A DNA stretch of 64,000 bases from Heliomicrobium sp. (GTDB lineage: Bacteria; Acidobacteriota; Blastocatellia; RBC074): assembly GCA_021155085.1 (NCBI GenBank), contig JAJNQA010000021.1:2875-66874 (forward strand), read 5' to 3'. The notes below the pieces were generated by a model. The model saw only the letters and a program-made list of their open reading frames with translations. It was not told where the DNA came from and ran no database searches. Position 1 is the stretch's first letter. Each line of letters starts with the position of its first letter. Below, piece by piece: positions 18,401 through 26,082 of this stretch. Made by a program: the position numbers and the translations under genes.

Positions 18401-20271
18401 GTGACCGTGAAGTTGACCGTCACGCTTTGTCCGGTCACCGACGGATCGGGATTGTCGGAAGTGATGGTCGTCGTCGTATTGGCCCGGCTGACGACACTGG
18501 TGTAAGCCCTGGAGCCGGTGCAGCCGTTGCTGGTGTCGGTCGCCGTGATGGTGAAGTTGAAGGTGTTGACGGCGTTGGTCGTGCCGGTCAGCGCGCCGCC
18601 GCTCGACAGCGACAACCCGCCGGGCAGCGCGCCTGTGGTCACCGCGAAGGTGTACGGCCCGGTGCCGCCCGAAGCGCTGATCGTGGCGCTGTAGGATTCG
18701 CCGAAGACCGCATTGGAAAGCGACGTAGGATTGACCGTGATCGTCGGGCACGAGACCGTGCCGCTGATCGTGAAGTTGAAAGGATTTTCATCCGCGTCGT
18801 TGTTGTCGAAAGTCAGCGTGCCGCTAGGCGTGCCGCCCGCCGCCGCCGTCATCGTGATTTGAAAAGTCGTCGTGCCGCCGCTGCCGGCCACCGTAGCGCT
18901 GCCGAAATTGGCAGCGATGCTGAAACCAGTTGGCACGCTCAAGTTTGCCAGCGTCAGATTGGCGTTGCCGCTGTTGGTCACGGTAAAGGTCTTGGTGACG
19001 GGCGTGCCGACCGTGGTCGAACCGAAGCTGAAGGAACCGCCATCAGCGATGTTCCCTGCAAGAGTTTCAGACACGGCGATCTCAGGGCTGGCAGCGGTGT
19101 TCAGGGCGCTGGCATCAATATGGCGGATGATGGGCATCGTGCTCCCTCCTACGGCAACCACTTTGGCTGAACTTCCGCTGCCGTTGGCCACAACATCGCT
19201 TATGTTCTGGTTGGTTGTGCCTGAATCGTGGGCAGCCGACCAGGTGGCTCCATCGGTGGAGGAAATAATAGCTCCGTTTGTCCCGACTGCTACGAAAACC
19301 CCGTTGACAAAGGTCATTCTGGTTAAGCCCTGGGAGGCCAAACCTGTTGAAGATTGGGTCCAGGTAACGGCATCGGTTGACCAGACCGCTATGCCGGCAT
19401 TGTTACTGACTGCAACATAACGTCCATTGCCGTAGGCAACGGCGCGAAAGCCCGTTGAAACAGGCGAGGTCTGTTTCGTCCAAGTGTTCCCGTCCGGTGA
19501 TGTGATGATACCGCCGCTGCCGCCTACCGCCACCCATTTGCTGGTACTCGGCTCATAAATAATTGAAAAAAGCGAGCTCGTGAGCACCCCGGTGAGGGTC
19601 TGAATAGACCAGGTGCTAGCATCGGTGGATTTTACCAACTGGCCCCCGGTGTTAACGGTTCCAATGACTTTCGTCCCATCTGTTGCAAAGTTGTTGACAG
19701 TCCCGCTTGTGAGTCCCGAATTGGTTGGGGTCCAGGAGGTGCCGTTGGAAGAGGTGTAAATAGTGGCGTTTGGGAGGTTTACATTAGTGGCGGCCACCCA
19801 TTTGTTGAGGAATGGAATCCAGGTAATGTCGAACACACTTACCACAGTAGCGGCGGACATTTTGCCGTCGTATGTCCAGTTGACACCGTCGGTGGAAGAA
19901 ATAACATTCAGTTCTCCGCCGCTTGCCACAAATTTGGTTCCGTTGTGCGCAACCGTAAAGAATGTATTATTGGCATCTTGTGGTGTTACGCCCGCTGGCA
20001 CGATGGCGGTTGACCAGGTTGGCGCCATCGCCACAGTCAGTGCTCCAGGGGAAGGCAAGGCGGCCAACGGTTGAGTGTATGTACCCAGCGTATGTTTGAT
20101 CCTGGAAACGCCAGTGTCCATTGGACGGGTGACCAACTTTTGAAAAAAGTTGCCGCCTCCAGCCTTGCCCGTCACCAAAACCCGCCCAGCCAGAACTGAA
20201 AGCGTGCCGGCGACGAATAACAAGACCATCGAAAGAAACGTAATACGCGTGAAGCGCGAGGGTGTTCGCAT
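12409..20271 (-). CDS. Giant secreted surface/adhesin-like protein (~2620 aa). Domains in order: BNR-like propeller repeats, 10 tandem Ig-like repeats, 6-7 putative-Ig (He_PIG-like) repeats, and C-terminal FG-GAP/VCBS repeats.
   Basis: ATG at 20271 follows GGGAGA and opens signal/TM ITFLSMVLLFVAGTLSVLA. SxDGxTW-like motifs occur N-terminally. There are ten ~96-aa repeats of the form ANTTTTITSDNPDPSVVGQSVTVNF...AETCTGTVAAGTCTLTL...RTLTATYAGDANFNGSSDTEAHQV. Further repeats follow of the form CPTITLSPASLP...TGFGGCTG. The C-terminus carries DYDGDGKTD...AVWR repeats. Confidence 0.8.
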   Translation of the reverse strand: MRTPSRFTRITFLSMVLLFVAGTLSVLAGRVLVTGKAGGGNFFQKLVTRPMDTGVSRIKHTLGTYTQPLAALPSPGALTVAMAPTWSTAIVPAGVTPQDANNTFFTVAHNGTKFVASGGELNVISSTDGVNWTYDGKMSAATVVSVFDITWIPFLNKWVAATNVNLPNATIYTSSNGTSWTPTNSGLTSGTVNNFATDGTKVIGTVNTGGQLVKSTDASTWSIQTLTGVLTSSLFSIIYEPSTSKWVAVGGSGGIITSPDGNTWTKQTSPVSTGFRAVAYGNGRYVAVSNNAGIAVWSTDAVTWTQSSTGLASQGLTRMTFVNGVFVAVGTNGAIISSTDGATWSAAHDSGTTNQNISDVVANGSGSSAKVVAVGGSTMPIIRHIDASALNTAASPEIAVSETLAGNIADGGSFSFGSTTVGTPVTKTFTVTNSGNANLTLANLSVPTGFSIAANFGSATVAGSGGTTTFQITMTAAAGGTPSGTLTFDNNDADENPFNFTISGTVSCPTITVNPTSLSNAVFGESYSATISASGGTGPYTFAVTTGALPGGLSLSSGGALTGTTNAVNTFNFTITATDTSNGCTGSRAYTSVVSRANTTTTITSDNPDPSVTGQSVTVNFTVTTNSPGSGTPTGNVVVTVSGGAETCTGTVAAGTCTLSLNAAGARTLTATYAQTTNFNGSSDTEAHQVNTANTTTTITSDNPDPSIVGQAVAVNFSVVGAAPGGGTPTGNVVVTISGGAETCTGMVAAGSCTLTLTGIGNRTLTATYAGDANYNGSSDTEAHQVTLANTTTTITSDNPDPSVVGQSVTVNYSVTVNAPGTGTPTGNVVVTVSGGSETCVGTVAAGTCTLTLTSAGARTLTATYAGDANFNGSSDTEAHQVNAANTTTTITSDNPAPSVVGQSVTVNYTVTANSPGAGTPTGNVVVTISGGAETCVGTVAAGTCTLTLTSAGARTLTATYAGDANFNGSSDTEAHQVNAANTTTTITSANPDPSVVGQSVTVNFTTLSIAPGAGTPTGNVVVTISGGAETCTGTVAAGTCTITLTSAGARTLTATYAGNADFNGSSDTEAHQVNAANTTTTISSDNPDPSIVGQAVTVNFSVTAIAPGGGTPTGNVVVTISGGAETCTGTIAAGTCTLTLTNIGNRTLTATYAGDANYNGSSDTEAHQVTLANTTTTITSYTPDPSVTGQAYNVAANVAVTPPGTGTPTGTVTVSDGTGGTCTITLPAASCILTSTTAGAKTLTATYSGDANFNGSTSAGVSHTVNKADTTAAIFSDAPDPSVVGQNVTVTYTVSVTSPGAGTPTGNVLVSDGVNSCTGTVTAGQCVIALFTPGVRTLTATYQGDANYNASPASTGAGHQVNKADTTTTITSDNPDPSVFGQAITVNFTVAAAAPGSGTPTGNVVVTVSGGTETCTGTVAAGSCTLALTAVGNRTLTATYQGDTSYNGSTSAGAPHTANQADTVTTIVSDNPDSSFVGQNLTVVFTVLAVPPGVGTATGNVVVTASGGAETCTGTVAGGSCVITLTTPGARTLTATYAGDTNFNGGTDTEPHTVVAPPSISKAFSPASVPVGQTSTLTFTITNPAANTVALTVAGFTDNFPNSPNLVVATPLTTTNTCGGTLQDGGGGALTAGDTGIMLTGGTVGTGGTCTVSVNVTPNAQGPFVNISGNVTSTNGGTGNTATATLATNTPPTISSDTLTVKAGSNAASFTIATAVDPDQPVNTLGITINGNPTTASGNGVTVSGVTITPSGAVTANIATTCAATSATFNLVVTDNQNATGTGTLTVTVTPNTPPMLGYNPQTVIAGTTPSINPAAGPSDNGTVNPLMLQGVSPNNGGLTVSLNAATGAVTVLSAALIGSYTVTITATDNCGATTTATLVINVVCPTITLSPASLPGVTINTAYSQTISASPAGGNYSFAVTSGLLPAGLTLNSNGAFSGAPTQSGTFNFRITTTGFGGCTGFQDYVLIVSCPTITVDPSSLPGGSVGASYSQTVAGSPAGTYSYAVSSGALPAGLTLNASTGAITGTPTTTGSFNFTITAATSGGGSCSGSRTYTVAITCSTITLSPTSPLPGGQAGVAYSQTISVSPAGSHTFSLISGSLPSGITLNPATGVISGLPSTVGSFTFTIKAQTAGGCNATQSYTLAITCPTVALSPASLPNGTTGTAYTQTISASPSGGGYTYAVTIGSLPAGLNLNSSTGVLSGTPTAGGTFNFRITATGFGGCTGFRDYTVVISGGGCPTITLPASLPNGNVGQLYNAAATASPAGLYSYTITSGSVPPGVTLFGANGLLFGYPTAVGSYTFTVTATQGACSGNRMYTVLIGAGFASSLTVFSDFDGDGKSDLSVWRGSDGNWLVANSGDGKVEATPWGASYAPYNDVTVSGDYDGDGKTDLAVFRRGGEYAGYWFIKQSSDGQVKSHFWGLGTDVPVPGDYDGDGKTDVAVWRGSAGAWYIVRSSDGGIDARTWGFAPLGDVPVPGDYDGDGKTDVAVFRRSTGFWYIRRSSDSLTISTEWGVGTDVPVPGDYDGDNRTDIAVWRALEGNWYIVESSSAVTRTVSLGAAAQGDVPAVADYDGDGKADPALWQPSTGVWTIKRSRDNVEMSKVHGQSGDVPIMSKRN
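15740..18620 (-). repeat. Ten near-identical ~288-bp tandem coding repeats (Ig-like domain units) inside the giant gene. Boundaries are approximate.
   Basis: The protein periodicity and the recurring antisense pseudo-ORFs at ~285-bp spacing (e.g. 16844, 17141, 17993, 18287) show a DNA-level tandem array. Confidence 0.7.
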
Positions 20272-20586
20272 GGTATCTCCCGTTGAAAGCCACAACCCTG
20301 GGACGCTTCGCCGTCAATGATGAAGCTCCGCAAGAACTGAGATTTTTGTTTTATTTGCGGGGATGCGGAAGTTGCAACGCGCTCAATCGAATTCCCCGTC
20401 CTCAAGCACGAAAAAATTGATTCGGATTTGCCCGGTAATTACCAACCTGCGCCGATGTGACTTCGCCCAGCAACCATTGCAAGGTGAATAATGCGCGACA
20501 AGGCAATATTCGTTGCCTGCACATACTCATCAATATGTTTGGGTTCGTCAATGTCCGGCGGCCCTTTGGACACAGCCAGCACTGAT

Positions 20587-21366
20587 TTAGCGCGGCAATC
20601 CCCAAAGATCGCGGAATCGTTCAAATTCCGCCCGTGGCAACTGCACGATTAGCGGCTTCTTTTGAGGATCAAGCCAGGATAAAAGCGCTTCGATCCTGGC
20701 CGATTCCATGGCCGTGCAACCGGCAGTGCCCTTCCCCGCTCCCTGCCAGATATGCAGGAAGATACAGGAACCGCAACCAGCCTGCGGCGGATTGGCATTG
20801 TGATCCACCACAACGCCCCAACGATATAACTCATCGTCGCGGCGCATTTGCTCCGAACTTTTCCAATCGGGCTGGGCAACGCTGCCGCGTTCCAGAACGC
20901 GGTTGTAGTTCAGAGACTGCGAATCGTCCACGCATTCCAATGTTTTCGTGGCCTGTACGTAAGGTAGTTTCACCTTCGCCGCCTGCTCGCGCGACGCGTA
21001 GCCGAAGGCCGAACTCAAGCTGAAAATCCCCGCCGGCGAACGCCCATCGCCTTCTTTTTTGATCGGGTCCGAGGCGTTGGCCAATCCGGCAGGATCGCCG
21101 TGCAACCCCCTTCCCCAAGCCAGGCCATTGCGCCCGACGACAACCGGGACTTTTTCGCCAACCGGACGCCAAGCCTGACCGGCGGCTCTTTCATAACGCA
21201 GCAGTTGGCCGTCAACCGCGTTCCAGTCCTTCGTGGTGACGACGAGAAGTTGACGCGACTGCGCCAGAACCTTTGCCTGCGCCTCGGTTTGTTCTTCCAA
21301 CCACATCGAGCCATGAACCAGGCTGATGAATAAAATGCCACCCAGTAACCATTCCGTTGTGCGCAT
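20587..21366 (-). CDS. L,D-transpeptidase (YkuD/ErfK) domain protein, atypical.
   Basis: ATG at 21366 opens signal/TM MRTTEWLLGGILFISLV. YkuD-like features include GRSPAGIFSL and FLHIW...GTAGCTAM (the H...S/T-x-G-C catalytic signature). Confidence 0.5.
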   Translation of the reverse strand: MRTTEWLLGGILFISLVHGSMWLEEQTEAQAKVLAQSRQLLVVTTKDWNAVDGQLLRYERAAGQAWRPVGEKVPVVVGRNGLAWGRGLHGDPAGLANASDPIKKEGDGRSPAGIFSLSSAFGYASREQAAKVKLPYVQATKTLECVDDSQSLNYNRVLERGSVAQPDWKSSEQMRRDDELYRWGVVVDHNANPPQAGCGSCIFLHIWQGAGKGTAGCTAMESARIEALLSWLDPQKKPLIVQLPRAEFERFRDLWGLPR

Positions 21367-21540
21367 TATGAAGGTTTCCTTTCGCTCAAATAGAAGCAAA
21401 ATCGCCAGTTTCAGGGTCTTGACGGAACCGGGGAGATGTGGGAGCATACTCGCTCGTTTCGGGGCAGATCATCAAGCCCCATTGTGATTTTAGCCTGAAT
21501 ATATCGCGAAAAATCACTCTTTCATCTCGAATTTTCAGAA

Positions 21541-21615
<75 letters not shown>

Positions 21616-21657
21616 ATCCCTTCTTCCAAAAACTACTATTATCTTCATTGGGCTAGG

Positions 21658-21693
21658 CGCAATGCCTTAACAGGCATTCCAAATATCTTTTTC
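21658..21693 (+). terminator. Putative rho-independent terminator after tRNA-Cys.
   Basis: Hairpin AATGCCT-taac-AGGCATT followed by tatcttttt. Confidence 0.4.
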
Positions 21694-22061
21694 AGATGCC
21701 TGCCAGTTTCGACTGCTGGCATCGCAGTGACTGTGTGAAGCTGCAGGCAGGCCGCCAAATATTACTTGAAGCTGATTCTTGGGGATGAATTTCGACGATC
21801 TGGCGCTGAGAATAAAGGTCTTGAGGGTTTCACTGTATCAGTCACACCCGAACGGATCTCTGAATAAAAATATGGCGGCCAACAAGCAAGCAACCCACCC
21901 CTGAGAACTTGCCGTGACCGCCATTTCAGGAGGTTCACCCGTGCTGCTTAAAACGCCTGACTACGAAAAAAGTTGCGTGGAGGCCCATTAAATAAGGCTG
22001 ATCAGAAAGGTAACCGAGGAGACAGATAATCCCTCGAGGTGGTTACAGCTTGTAGAAAACT

Positions 22062-22784
22062 TCAGCTTTTGGCCTGCTCAAGATAAGTGCGCAGGCGATC
22101 CGGGACATTTGTGACGATTCCGTCCACGCCCATGGATGTCATTCGCGCAAACTGCCTTTCGTCATCTGCAGTCCAGATATAAAGCTTCTTGCCGCTGGCC
22201 CTGGTTCGGCGGGCAAGATAGCCAAAGCAAAGTTCAACCTGCAGGCAAAGCGTTTGGTAATTGATGTGCCGCAGCGCAATCCAAGGGAAAGCTTCGCGAA
22301 ATCGCACCGCTGGATTGAGCGTCTGATGACCCAGAATCAAGCCGAGTTCGATGTCACGGATTTCTTCGCCGAGCCGCCTCATCAGATCAATATCGAAGGA
22401 AGCGAGCATCACTTCGTCCTGACAATGCCGCGTGCGAATCGTTCGCAGGATTCCAGCAGCCGCGCGCGGATCCTTGATTTCCAGATAAAGCCGGACTTTT
22501 CCCTGCGTCAGATCAAGCGTTTCTTCCAGTGTCGGTATGCGCTCGCCTTTGCCCGCGTCGGCTTGTTTGATTTCTGCCAGCGTCCGTTGATTCACGCGGC
22601 CCTTCAGATTGGTTGTGTGATCGAGCGTGAAATCATGAATGACGACGACTTGTTGATCGCTACTGGCATGCAGATCAAGTTCGATCATTTGCGCTCCCTG
22701 CCGGATGGCAAGCTCGAAGGCGCGCAGCGTGTTTTCGGGTTCGTAAGCCGAAGCGCCACGATGGGCGATGATGAGTGGCGTCAT
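22062..22784 (-). CDS. Glycerophosphodiester phosphodiesterase (GDPD family).
   Basis: Contains LIIAHRGASAYEPENTLRAFELAIRQGAQMIELDLHASSDQQVVVIHD. Confidence 0.75.
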   Translation of the reverse strand: MTPLIIAHRGASAYEPENTLRAFELAIRQGAQMIELDLHASSDQQVVVIHDFTLDHTTNLKGRVNQRTLAEIKQADAGKGERIPTLEETLDLTQGKVRLYLEIKDPRAAAGILRTIRTRHCQDEVMLASFDIDLMRRLGEEIRDIELGLILGHQTLNPAVRFREAFPWIALRHINYQTLCLQVELCFGYLARRTRASGKKLYIWTADDERQFARMTSMGVDGIVTNVPDRLRTYLEQAKS

Positions 22785-22831
22785 TGTTGTGTGACAGATG
22801 GCAGATTTTGTGACTGTGGCAATTGGCACAT

Positions 22832-25093
22832 TTACTTCACCTGAAACTCGCGCGCACCCAGAATCAGCGCGGCCACGCCGCTCACCACCTGCTCGCGATT
22901 CCGCTGCGCGGTGCGTTCGTCATACTTCGCCGGCATCATCTTGGCGCGTTGCTGGTCAAGCACGCGTGCGAGATTCTCTCGGGTGTCTTTCGAGACGTCG
23001 CTGTGAATCAGGACCGCCAGCAATTCCTCAAGCAAACGCCCTGGAGACTTCATGGCGTCTGCGGCGACGAATCTGGAGACGTCCACGCGCGTACCGTTCA
23101 GCCGGTTACCGATCAGCGCCACAGCGAAGTTCATTCGTTCGAGTAACGTCGCGCTGCTCAACCAGCGCGAGGAATCTTCGGAATAGCCGGTCGGCGGCTG
23201 GCACAGGTAAAGCGCGCCCCCCATTCGCGAAATGGCTTGAATGATCGGTTGCGCGCCATCCGTGGATGCTCCCGTCGCCCGAATGGCCGATGCCGCGAGT
23301 TCAAGCGGCGATTTGATCTTGTTCCGGTAATACTTTGGCGAGTAGAAATCCGGGCTGGTCAGAATTGCACGGACAACCTGGCGGATGTCGCCTTCAGTGC
23401 GCGTGAAAACTTCGGCAACGCGATCCACCAAGCTTTCAGGAGGTTCGTCGGCGACGAAACGCTGGCAGAGCTTGCGGGAAAGGAATTGCGCGGTAGAAGG
23501 ATGCCTGGCCAGCAGATCAAGCACACGCAACCCGTCTTCGATGCCGCCGCCGGGTGCGATGCGTTTGCCGAGCACGAGCTTTTCGCCTTTGTCGTGTGTG
23601 CGTGGACGGAAGACAAAGGACCAGTTCGGCGCTGGCGTAACCGTCCAGCCAGTGAAGCAGCGCGCGACTTCCAGCACATCCTTTTGCGTGTAGCCCCCAT
23701 CAACGCCCAGCGTGTGGAGTTCCATCAGCTCGCGCCCGTAATTTTCGTTCACGCCGGGACGGCGAGGCGGCGGTGAAGTGTCGCCTTCCTTGCGCGGCGG
23801 CATGGGGACTTCGGCCTGGCTCAGGAAATTGTCCAGGTAATAGAGCATCGCCGGACTTTGCGCCGTGGCCGTCAGCAGTTCCTTGAATTTGCCGAGCGCG
23901 TGCGGGCGAATTACGTCGCGTTCGTAGGAAGTCAGCAGCAATCGTACGTTGTCCTTTTGCGCAAAGACATTGAAGTGATTGAACCAGAAATCAACCATCA
24001 CTTCCTGCAACTGCTTTTCGCTGAAAACTGCGCGCAGCAGTTTTGCCTGCTGCAATTCGCGCAGGGGCTGCTGCTGGTCACGTGCCGGAGTTTGAGGGCG
24101 TCGAGCGGTTTGCGTTAGTGGTGTTGGCGTTGGTTTCGCCTTCGGCTGGGTGTCCTGAGTCATGGACGGCGAAGCCTGCATTGTTTCGCTGGCGTTGGCA
24201 ACCTCCGAAGCCGTCATTGGGTCTGGCTTTTTCATCTCGCCGTCAGACTTTTTCGTTTCTTCGTCAGGGACGGGCTTTGGCTGCGCTGTTGGAGTAGGTG
24301 TCGGAGTCGGACGTATCGGAGCAGGCGGTGGCGGCAAGTAAAGCTGGGCGATCTCCGGCGAAGTCATCTGCAAAGTGCTCATGGCCAGTAATGGCCGCGT
24401 TAGCAAATCATCAGACAAGTCTTCGGGATGAAGCTGCGCTTCCAGATATCTTTCAATGCCCATCTCCCGCACGCGCGCAATGTCACCTGGTCGCGGGCCA
24501 AAACCCGCGCGGTTGAGCAAATGCAAAATCTTCTGCTCTTCATCCAGTGACGGAGAATTTGACGAAGCGCGGCGGCTGCGCGAGGTCGGCAGACCTATGT
24601 TTGCCGGTTGTGGAATCAGAAATTCGCCTGCGGACCAGGCCCCACTTGGCAAATTTGGGCTGAGCGGTCGAATTGCTGAAGGTGGCAGTGACGCTGCCGG
24701 AAGCGGCGGCAGGGAGTTAATCACGCCACGCAGCCGTATTTGCTGGTCCGGTTGAAGAAACGGCAGGAACTCTTCGAGCATCGCTCGGCGTTCCCGTTCA
24801 AGTTGACTCCGGAGTTCGTTGAATTGCGGGCTGCCGATCTGTTGCTGCTGCATCCGCTGCGACAGACTCTCAATCCGCGGACGCCCGCGTTTGAGAATGT
24901 CGCTTAAGGCAGTGGCGAGTTCAGGCGAAAGCTGTAACTGCCGAGTTAACTCGGCCACCATCCGTGCTTCGTCGAACAGTGGTTGTTGCGCTGCAAACGG
25001 AATCGTCCAGCCCAGCGCCAGCAGCAACCCTATCGCCAGTAAAACCCAAACCCTGGCGCGAAGTTTGTCGCGAAGATTGTCGAGCTTGCCCAT
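22832..25093 (-). CDS. DUF1800 family protein with an N-terminal TM segment and a Pro/Thr-rich linker.
   Basis: Contains VMVDFWFNHFNVFAQKDN...AMLYYLDNFLS (DUF1800 core), an N-terminal hydrophobic segment, and a PTPTPT linker. Confidence 0.6.
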   Translation of the reverse strand: MGKLDNLRDKLRARVWVLLAIGLLLALGWTIPFAAQQPLFDEARMVAELTRQLQLSPELATALSDILKRGRPRIESLSQRMQQQQIGSPQFNELRSQLERERRAMLEEFLPFLQPDQQIRLRGVINSLPPLPAASLPPSAIRPLSPNLPSGAWSAGEFLIPQPANIGLPTSRSRRASSNSPSLDEEQKILHLLNRAGFGPRPGDIARVREMGIERYLEAQLHPEDLSDDLLTRPLLAMSTLQMTSPEIAQLYLPPPPAPIRPTPTPTPTAQPKPVPDEETKKSDGEMKKPDPMTASEVANASETMQASPSMTQDTQPKAKPTPTPLTQTARRPQTPARDQQQPLRELQQAKLLRAVFSEKQLQEVMVDFWFNHFNVFAQKDNVRLLLTSYERDVIRPHALGKFKELLTATAQSPAMLYYLDNFLSQAEVPMPPRKEGDTSPPPRRPGVNENYGRELMELHTLGVDGGYTQKDVLEVARCFTGWTVTPAPNWSFVFRPRTHDKGEKLVLGKRIAPGGGIEDGLRVLDLLARHPSTAQFLSRKLCQRFVADEPPESLVDRVAEVFTRTEGDIRQVVRAILTSPDFYSPKYYRNKIKSPLELAASAIRATGASTDGAQPIIQAISRMGGALYLCQPPTGYSEDSSRWLSSATLLERMNFAVALIGNRLNGTRVDVSRFVAADAMKSPGRLLEELLAVLIHSDVSKDTRENLARVLDQQRAKMMPAKYDERTAQRNREQVVSGVAALILGAREFQVK

Positions 25094-25207
25094 CTCAATC
25101 TCCCTATGAAAAAGTGACAGTGATGAAGAGGTAGGGACATCTTACCACCAGAAGAGATTGGGCGTTAAGTGAGGGAAGAACAAAGGCCGATGGGACAAAA
25201 TTGTCTA

Positions 25208-26035
25208 TTAGAACCGCAGTGAGTGGTCCGTCAAATACTTCCAGCCCGCATCGCCGATCAAGTCCATTGATGACAATCCGTCCTGAGAAGTTCCCGGATA
25301 AACGTAGATGCCATCGCGTTCAATCACACGGGGGTCGAGCGCGCTGATGCCTTGCAGCAACTGCTTGAAAGTGGCGGCGCGCCAGTATTCGCTTTCGTTC
25401 AGGCTATTAATTGACTGCCGAAATGGCTGAACGAGTTGCGCATAAGTGGGGCGGAACTGGTAATCGCCCACATCATCAGCGACCGCCTCTTCGCGGTTAT
25501 CAATCAGCATCAGCATCGTGACGATCAGATATTCTTTCTGGTCGGAAAAGCGGTGCAGGCGATCAACCTCGGTGCTCAATTCGACATCTTCCGTCGCCAT
25601 CGAAGCTTCGATCTCGTTACGCCACTGGTTGAAGTTGCTGATGGCGGTGTTGGCATTTCCCTGAAAATCCCAAAAACCATATTCCCAGGCGTACTGGTTT
25701 TCGATCAGCAGCGAAGCGACTGATTTGATGAAACGTCGCTTTTCCTGCGCCGAATCAGTTTCGTCTTCGGCCTCAACCAGCCGCGCCAGCTGGGCGCGCA
25801 AATCGTCACCACCGAAAACCTGTATGACGAGTTGAATCCCGAAAAAAACCGCGTGATCCTCTTCGCGTCCGCGTCCTGCCAGGAATGAGCGGCGGCTGCC
25901 ATCAATCCGGCCTTGTTCATTCCCGCGCCAGGCCATGTAGATGCCGCCGGCAAAAACCGCAGCCAGAATCAGCATCACTATCCAATAAATGCCTACGCCA
26001 ATGAGAAGAGCAAATGTGTAGTTAAACACCATCAT
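25208..26035 (-). CDS. Hypothetical membrane-anchored protein.
   Basis: N-terminal TM helix IGVGIYWIVMLILAAVFAGGIY followed by an acidic soluble domain. No family recognised. Confidence 0.4.
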   Translation of the reverse strand: MMVFNYTFALLIGVGIYWIVMLILAAVFAGGIYMAWRGNEQGRIDGSRRSFLAGRGREEDHAVFFGIQLVIQVFGGDDLRAQLARLVEAEDETDSAQEKRRFIKSVASLLIENQYAWEYGFWDFQGNANTAISNFNQWRNEIEASMATEDVELSTEVDRLHRFSDQKEYLIVTMLMLIDNREEAVADDVGDYQFRPTYAQLVQPFRQSINSLNESEYWRAATFKQLLQGISALDPRVIERDGIYVYPGTSQDGLSSMDLIGDAGWKYLTDHSLRF

Positions 26036-26082
26036 TTTCAGATTCGAAGTTTTAGAGTTGAAGTTTCAGATTGCGGATTCGC

